Source: Escherichia coli (GTDB taxonomy: Bacteria; Pseudomonadota; Gammaproteobacteria; Enterobacterales; Enterobacteriaceae). From it: a DNA stretch of 64,000 nt. Positions 58,121 through 64,000 of this stretch are shown one piece after another. Where the stretch lies: the NCBI RefSeq assembly GCF_044324785.1, contig NZ_CP172127.1; one strand, given 5' to 3'. The translations under genes were made by a program, and so were the position numbers. The notes beneath the pieces are model-generated. The model had not been told where the DNA came from. It saw nothing but the letters and a program-made list of their open reading frames with translations, and ran no database searches. The stretch's first letter is position 1. Each line of letters starts with the position of its first letter.

Positions 58121-58284
58121 TTTCACTATATTAGTTACAACATCCTATATGCCTTTATCATTAACAGGTGCCACATGCAGCATCTGTTAATGTTGTAAGC
58201 TTGTAGGTAATTTGTACGTAGCGTCTTGAGAATGTGATCGTAATCACGTTTAATAGGGCGACTTTTCCACGCCTGAAGATAACC

Positions 58285-59199
58285 ATGATTGTTCGTCCAC
58301 AACAACACTGGCTGCGCCGTATTTTTGTCTGGCATGGCTCAGTATTATCCAAGATATCCTCGCGCTTACTACTCAATTTTCTCTTTTCTATCGCTGTTAT
58401 TTTCATGCTGCCCTGGTACACGCATCTGGGCATCAAATTCACCCTCGCACCGTTCAGCATTCTCGGTGTCGCCATCGCCATTTTTCTTGGTTTTCGTAAT
58501 AATGCCGGGTACGCCCGTTACGTTGAAGCGCGAAAACTTTGGGGGCAGTTGATGATTGCCTCACGGTCGTTACTGCGGGAGGTAAAAACGACATTGCCGG
58601 ATTCGGCAAGTGTAAAGGAGTTTGCCCGGCTGCAAATCGCCTTCGCTCACTGTTTACGCATGACATTACGCAAACAGCCACAGGCGGAAGTGCTGGCACA
58701 TTATCTCAAGACTGAAGATCTTCAGCGTGTACTGGCTTCGAACTCTCCAGCTAACCGTATCTTGTTAATAATGGGAGAATGGTTGGCGGTTCAGCGCCGC
58801 AATGGACAGCTTTCAGATATCCTGTTTATTAGCTTCAACGATCGGCTTAACGATATTTCAGCGGTTCTGGCAGGCTGCGAGCGCATTGCCTATACGCCAA
58901 TTCCCTTTGCCTACACCCTGATTTTGCATCGTACCGTTTATCTGTTTTGTATCATGCTGCCGTTCGCGCTGGTCGTGGATCTGCATTACATGACGCCTTT
59001 TATCTCTGTGCTGATTTCCTACACTTTTATTTCGCTGGATTGTCTGGCGGAAGAACTGGAAGATCCCTTCGGTACTGAAAACAATGATTTACCGCTGGAT
59101 GCTATCTGCAACGCTATTGAAATTGACCTGTTACAGATGAACGATGAAGCAGAAATTCCGGCAAAAATTCTTCCCGATCGTCATTACCAGCTGACGTAA
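58285..59199 (+). CDS. yneE: Bestrophin-family membrane protein
   Basis: ORF 58234-59199; start at MIVRPQQHWLRRIFVWHG (304 aa). Confidence 0.85.
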   Translation: MIVRPQQHWLRRIFVWHGSVLSKISSRLLLNFLFSIAVIFMLPWYTHLGIKFTLAPFSILGVAIAIFLGFRNNAGYARYVEARKLWGQLMIASRSLLREVKTTLPDSASVKEFARLQIAFAHCLRMTLRKQPQAEVLAHYLKTEDLQRVLASNSPANRILLIMGEWLAVQRRNGQLSDILFISFNDRLNDISAVLAGCERIAYTPIPFAYTLILHRTVYLFCIMLPFALVVDLHYMTPFISVLISYTFISLDCLAEELEDPFGTENNDLPLDAICNAIEIDLLQMNDEAEIPAKILPDRHYQLT

Positions 59200-59202
59200 G
59201 AT

Positions 59203-59961
59203 TTACTCCGTACGCTGGGCAACAATAAACAGACGCGGAAATGCCAGCAGTATCTGTCCGTTCTCTTGCAGTGGATACTGCTCTTCCAGCATCTGATGGT
59301 AGCGCGTAAGAAAATGCTGCTGTTCGCTCTCGGTCAGATCCTGTAACCACGGACGTAATCCAGTGGCGGTCACCCAATCGATAATCGCCTGGTGCGACGG
59401 CATCTGGTGATAGTAGGTGGTTCGCCAGATATCGACCTCACATCCGGCTTCGCTCAAAATATCGTAGTAAGCATGAACGCCAGCCAGCGGCTCACGCCCG
59501 CGATCCGGATAATTTTGTTCCCAGGCGACTTCGCGCATGAGCACATGGGTTGGCTCTAGCCAGTTATCTGGCATCTGTACTGCCAACACACCATGCGAAT
59601 TAAGTAAAGAAACCAGATGAGGGAACAATTCGTAGTGGTCGGGCAGCCATTGCAGTGAGGCATTAGCAAAAATCAGATCGAGTGCCTGTTCCGGTTGCCA
59701 GTTGCGGATGTCTGCTTCCACGAACTGGCAATCTGGCAAAGCACTGCGCGCTTCAGCAATCATCGCCGGAGACGAGTCGATGCCTGTTATCCTGGCCGCA
59801 GGCCAACGTTGATGCAGCAGGGCGGTGCTGTTACCTGGGCCACAGCCAAGATCGGCAACGTATTTGATATTCTCCAGCGGCACTCTGGCAAGCAGCTCCA
59901 CCGCCGGACGCGATCGTTCAGCGGCAAAGTGCAGATATAAAGAGGGGTTCCAGTCAGACAT
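59203..59961 (-). CDS. tam: Trans-aconitate 2-methyltransferase
   Basis: 252 aa; SAM-binding motif VADLGCGPG. Confidence 0.9.
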   Translation of the reverse strand: MSDWNPSLYLHFAAERSRPAVELLARVPLENIKYVADLGCGPGNSTALLHQRWPAARITGIDSSPAMIAEARSALPDCQFVEADIRNWQPEQALDLIFANASLQWLPDHYELFPHLVSLLNSHGVLAVQMPDNWLEPTHVLMREVAWEQNYPDRGREPLAGVHAYYDILSEAGCEVDIWRTTYYHQMPSHQAIIDWVTATGLRPWLQDLTESEQQHFLTRYHQMLEEQYPLQENGQILLAFPRLFIVAQRTE

Positions 59962-60017
59962 TTATTTACTCCCGTCAGTGCGTTACCCCAATTGTAGATA
60001 AAACTGATAAATTCGCC

Positions 60018-60308
60018 TCACGGCATCAACCCATTGAACAGACGTTTTTTACGCGGCCCGGTCATTAAAGATTCCAGTTTCGCGACACAGGTTTTGTAGT
60101 GGGGCGTGGTTTTATGGAACGCCACTGCGTCTTCATCTTTATAGGCTTCGTAAATATAAAAGCGCGAATTCACTTCCGGGTCCTGTAAGACATCGAAGCG
60201 CAAATTGCCTGATTCCTGTACCGAGCCCAGGTGGTTCTGGCGAAAAACTTCGATAAACTCGTCAACCTTGTCTTCATGAACGTTAATTTCAACCAGTGTG
60301 ACGTGCAT
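60018..60308 (-). CDS. lsrG: (4S)-4-hydroxy-5-phosphonooxypentane-2,3-dione isomerase
   Basis: 96 aa [32 protein letters not shown]... Confidence 0.9.
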   Translation of the reverse strand: MHVTLVEINVHEDKVDEFIEVFRQNHLGSVQESGNLRFDVLQDPEVNSRFYIYEAYKDEDAVAFHKTTPHYKTCVAKLESLMTGPRKKRLFNGLMP

Positions 60309-60331
60309 AATTCTTCTCCTTAAATCCGCAG

Positions 60332-61207
60332 TTACTGTTTTTCACTCAGATAGAGTTCATATGCCCGATCAGCCGTTTCGTTATGGTGTACCACCGCCTG
60401 TACGGCTTTCATCATCGCCACCGGATGGTCAGACTGGAAAATATTACGCCCCATATCCACACCAGAAGCGCCCTGATCGATAGCCTGCCAGCACATTTCC
60501 AGCGCCTCGCGCTCCGGTAATTTTTTACCGCCAGCAATAACAATGGGTACCGGACATCCGGCAACAATCCGTTCAAAACCTTTATCGACATAATAGGTTT
60601 TGATAATTTGCGCCCCCATTTCAGCGGCGATTCGAGTCGCGAGCGAGAAATAACGCTGATCGCGCACCATATCTTTGCCCACGCCTGTCACGGCCATGGT
60701 CGGCATTCCCACTTTCATTCCGGCATCGACCAGCTGAATAATATTTTTGATCGACTGATGTTCATATTCGCTGCCGATATAAACCTGCGCCGCCACCGCG
60801 CAACTGTTCAGGCGCACGGCGTCATCCATCGATAACGCCACGGCTTCATTACTTAATTCCGCCAGAATAGAGTTCGCACCTGACGCCCGCAGTACCACCG
60901 GCTTATTGGTCGCCGGGGGAACTACGCTGCGCAAAATGCCGCGCGTACACATTAATACATCGGCATGTTCAAACAGCGGGGCGATATTTATATCAATGCG
61001 TTCAAGTCCGGTAGTCGGCCCCTGAAAATAACCATGGTCAAAGGCCAACATCACGGTTTTACCCGTTTTCGGATTAAATATCCGCGATAAGCGTGACTGC
61101 ATTCCCCAATCCAGTGCACCGCAACCTTTCAGGGTAAAAGGGATATTATGTTGCGGTTGATCGATACGAAAATCTTTACCATCTTTAATATCATCTAAAT
61201 CTGCCAT
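60332..61207 (-). CDS. lsrF: 3-hydroxy-5-phosphonooxypentane-2,4-dione thiolase (class I aldolase fold)
   Basis: 291 aa [19 protein letters not shown]... Confidence 0.9.
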   Translation of the reverse strand: MADLDDIKDGKDFRIDQPQHNIPFTLKGCGALDWGMQSRLSRIFNPKTGKTVMLAFDHGYFQGPTTGLERIDINIAPLFEHADVLMCTRGILRSVVPPATNKPVVLRASGANSILAELSNEAVALSMDDAVRLNSCAVAAQVYIGSEYEHQSIKNIIQLVDAGMKVGMPTMAVTGVGKDMVRDQRYFSLATRIAAEMGAQIIKTYYVDKGFERIVAGCPVPIVIAGGKKLPEREALEMCWQAIDQGASGVDMGRNIFQSDHPVAMMKAVQAVVHHNETADRAYELYLSEKQ

Positions 61208-61233
61208 AACTTACTCCGGTTAAGTAATGCACA

Positions 61234-62256
61234 TCAGAAATCGTATTTGCCGATATTCTCTTTGTTGAATATCACGCGCTCCGGTAACAGTACGATGCCA
61301 TTACCATCCGCTTCGTAGTCATAGCCCTGAACGCTGTTTGGCGAGACTTCCACCTGACCTACGCCCTGAATATCCAGCTTGTCGCCCGTTTTCATTGATC
61401 CTTTTTTCAATAATGCATCCGCGACATAAACTGATATTTTGCCTTGCTGAACCACATCCCACAGGCCAAATTCTTTCACCGTGCCGCGTTCCACATATGG
61501 ACGCATCACGTTTGGCGTACTGAATCCGACAATCGCAACTTTGTCATTTTTCAGGTTTTCTGCGGCTTGTGCGGCAGCGGGCAGGGCATTGGCATCGGGG
61601 GCGATAATGGCGTCGAGATCGCTATACGCTTTTAATATTCCTTCTGCGGTTTGTAATGATTTAGTGGCATCGTTATAGCCAAACTGCGTAGTGACAATTT
61701 CCCAGCCAGGATGCTCTTTGGCGATTTTCGCTTTCGCTTCTTTCACCCACTGGTTTTGGTCCGTAACGGTGGGGCTTGAGTAGAAAAACGCGACTTTGGC
61801 TTTGTCTTTATTCACCTGACGCGCCGCCATATCCACCAACATACCTCCCAACTGGGCGGGCGTTCCCTGATTAATGTAGTAAGAGCGGCACTCCGGTTTA
61901 GTATCAGAGTCCCAGGTCAGCACTCTCACACCACGTTGCATGGCGCGTTTCAGTGCCGGACACAAGCCATCAGGCGAAACCGCAGAAACGATAATGGCGT
62001 TATAACCCTGATTGACGAAGTTATTAATCAACTGTACCTGACCAGAAACACTGGGTTCTGTCGGCCCGTCGTAGGTCACATCAACGCCCAGCTCTTTACC
62101 CGCTTGTTGTGCGCCGTTGCCACCGCTGGTAAAAAATCCCACGCCAACCAGTTTGGGAATAAATGCAATACGCTCTGCGGCCTGCACATTCATAGAGATT
62201 GCGGCAATGCCAAACGCGCTAAGTAAGGCGATTTTCTTAAAGCGATGAAGTGTCAT
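61234..62256 (-). CDS. lsrB: Autoinducer-2 periplasmic binding protein
   Basis: 340 aa with signal peptide. Confidence 0.9.
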   Translation of the reverse strand: MTLHRFKKIALLSAFGIAAISMNVQAAERIAFIPKLVGVGFFTSGGNGAQQAGKELGVDVTYDGPTEPSVSGQVQLINNFVNQGYNAIIVSAVSPDGLCPALKRAMQRGVRVLTWDSDTKPECRSYYINQGTPAQLGGMLVDMAARQVNKDKAKVAFFYSSPTVTDQNQWVKEAKAKIAKEHPGWEIVTTQFGYNDATKSLQTAEGILKAYSDLDAIIAPDANALPAAAQAAENLKNDKVAIVGFSTPNVMRPYVERGTVKEFGLWDVVQQGKISVYVADALLKKGSMKTGDKLDIQGVGQVEVSPNSVQGYDYEADGNGIVLLPERVIFNKENIGKYDF

Positions 62257-62267
62257 GAAGATATCCT

Positions 62268-63260
62268 TTATGGCAATGGGTTATTGGCCCGACGCGCCAG
62301 CCACTCTCTAATTTGCTGGCGATGCAGGCTAACGGAACGACCTACGACAACGACGATAAGTAGCGCACCGGAAAGGGCGCTGGACACCTGATTTGGCACT
62401 CCTGCCATTTGCAAACCTTGTTGCAAATATCCCACTAATAAAACCGCAATGGCGGTGCCGATAATGGAACCAGAACCACCATAAATATTGGCGCCGCCGA
62501 GGACTACGGCGGTGATGGCGGGCATCAGAAACGACGCACCGAGATCGGAACGTGCTGAACCAAAATACGATACCAGCAGCACAGCGGCGACCGCAGACGC
62601 CAGCCCCGTCATGGCATAGAGCGCACACAAGGTGCGGTTAACTGGAATCGCGCTATAAACCGCCACGCGCGGGCTTTGCCCAATCAAAAACACATTACGT
62701 CCGGCATGGGTTTTATGCAGCCAGAGCCAGAAAACGAGGAGACATATCAGGAAGATAATCAGCGGAACGGGGAGTCCCAGCACATCCAGGTTAGCGAAAT
62801 CTGTAAACGCCATCGGGAATCCACCAATACCTTCGTACCCCGTCGCTCCGGCCATACCGGAAAGCAGCAGAGCGCTTCCGGCAAACAGATACAGCGTGCC
62901 AAGCGTAATCACCAGCGGGTTAACTTTGGTATAGATAATTAATCCGGCGTTGATCAGCCCGCACAATGCGCCGAGCAGTAAGGTCAGGAGTATCGCCAGC
63001 GGCATCGGCACACCACTTTGAAACAGTACGCCCAATGCAATGGCGCAGAGGCCGATGGTCGAACCAAACGAAATATCGATCCCGCCACTGACAATCACCA
63101 TCGTCAGCGGTAGGGCGACAATGCCAATGCAGATAAAGTCACTGGTGCTGAACAGCAACATATTGAGATCTAACATCCGCGGGTTAATTGCACCAAATGC
63201 AACAATCTCAATAACGAGCAGTGCGGCAAGAGCCAGTTCCCAACCGTAGCGAATACGCAT
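62268..63260 (-). CDS. lsrD: AI-2 ABC transporter permease
   Basis: 330-aa multi-TM ORF. Confidence 0.9.
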   Translation of the reverse strand: MRIRYGWELALAALLVIEIVAFGAINPRMLDLNMLLFSTSDFICIGIVALPLTMVIVSGGIDISFGSTIGLCAIALGVLFQSGVPMPLAILLTLLLGALCGLINAGLIIYTKVNPLVITLGTLYLFAGSALLLSGMAGATGYEGIGGFPMAFTDFANLDVLGLPVPLIIFLICLLVFWLWLHKTHAGRNVFLIGQSPRVAVYSAIPVNRTLCALYAMTGLASAVAAVLLVSYFGSARSDLGASFLMPAITAVVLGGANIYGGSGSIIGTAIAVLLVGYLQQGLQMAGVPNQVSSALSGALLIVVVVGRSVSLHRQQIREWLARRANNPLP

Positions 63261-64000
63261 TACGCGGCCTCCCGTTTTTTACCTGACGAAGCGGGTTTAA
63301 CGGATGGCGGTGGCATCATAAAGCGGGCATATTTTTGCCGCCGCAGATTACGTTCCAGCGCACAACGCAGGCGTCCATCAAACACCAGCACCGCCAGCAG
63401 AACCATGCCCGCGATAAAATCATTCCACCATGCCGGAATGCGCAACAGCACCAGTACACTATCGATCTGCGTCAGGAACCATGCGCCGAGTACCGCACCG
63501 ATGATCGCGCCGGAACCGCCGAGCAAACTAATGCCGCCCAGCACGCAGGCTGCAATTGCTTTCATCTCCAGCCCGGTACCGGTCTGGTTGGGGATAAAAC
63601 CAATCTGCGAAGCAAACACAATTCCCGCCAGTGCCGCCATGCAGCCGTTCAACGAAAATGCCACAATGCGAATGGCTTCCGTACGAACGCCCAGTTGACG
63701 AGCGCCCTGTAAATTATCGCCCGTGGCATAAAAACTGCGTCCAAACGCCGTCTTCGCCAGCAGCCAGGCCATAAATGCCACCAGAATTATCGTCAACCAA
63801 CCAATTGCTGAAACGCCAAACAGTAGCGGGGCGGAGAGTTGTTTCAGTTCGGCAGGTAAGCCCTCAATCCATTTACCGCCAGTCCACAGCAACATGATGC
63901 CCCTGTACAATCCTAATGTACCGAGCGTGGCAACAATGGCAGGGATCTTTAGCCACGCGACCAGGACACCGTTGAAAAATCCCGCGAGCAAACCAAGCAG
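63260..64000 (-). CDS. lsrC: AI-2 ABC transporter permease, 3' portion only (gene continues beyond window edge)
   Basis: Open frame runs to the window end; stop overlaps lsrD start. Confidence 0.85.
   Translation of the reverse strand: MLGLLAGFFNGVLVAWLKIPAIVATLGTLGLYRGIMLLWTGGKWIEGLPAELKQLSAPLLFGVSAIGWLTIILVAFMAWLLAKTAFGRSFYATGDNLQGARQLGVRTEAIRIVAFSLNGCMAALAGIVFASQIGFIPNQTGTGLEMKAIAACVLGGISLLGGSGAIIGAVLGAWFLTQIDSVLVLLRIPAWWNDFIAGMVLLAVLVFDGRLRCALERNLRRQKYARFMMPPPSVKPASSGKKREAA

Overview
This 64-kb window reads as an Escherichia coli-type chromosome, in reverse orientation relative to the usual K-12 map. Positions ~1-35,000 are the right-hand ~35 kb of a lambdoid prophage at the locus that holds the cryptic Qin prophage in K-12. 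It carries a relBE-hokD toxin-antitoxin cassette, rem, ydfU and an antiterminator Q, then cold-shock 'moron' genes (cspF, cspB, cspI, gnsB), a phage-21-type lysis cassette, and a lambda-type cos site. Unlike K-12 Qin as I recall it, it also carries a complete lambda-like head and tail module (Nu1, A, W, B, C/Nu3, D, E, FI, FII, Z, U, V, G-T, H, M, L, K, I, J, lom, stf, tfa), followed by a Pin-family DNA invertase and ydfK. The prophage abuts an apparently N-terminally truncated ydfJ transporter gene near 35.0 kb. Positions ~35,000-64,000 are conserved chromosomal backbone: ydfJ-ydfI-ydfZ-ydfH-ydfG-dcp-ydeI-dgcZ-mgtS-ydeE-eamA-marBAR/marC-ydeA-yneK-yneJ-sad-glsB-yneG-dgcF-uxaB-yneE-tam and the 3' part of the lsr operon (lsrG, F, B, D, partial lsrC). 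I recognised no CRISPR array, tRNA or rRNA. I did not find a convincing new multi-gene system; nearly every ORF maps to a known lambda or E. coli family. The observations most worth a second look are the apparently intact, packaging-competent prophage at a normally cryptic locus, the cold-shock genes sitting between the late promoter and the lysis genes, a Pin invertase with no visible invertible partner, the prophage/ydfJ junction, a few unassigned small ORFs, and a possible ydeJ deletion. All identifications are from reading the sequence and recalled protein families; no database search was run.
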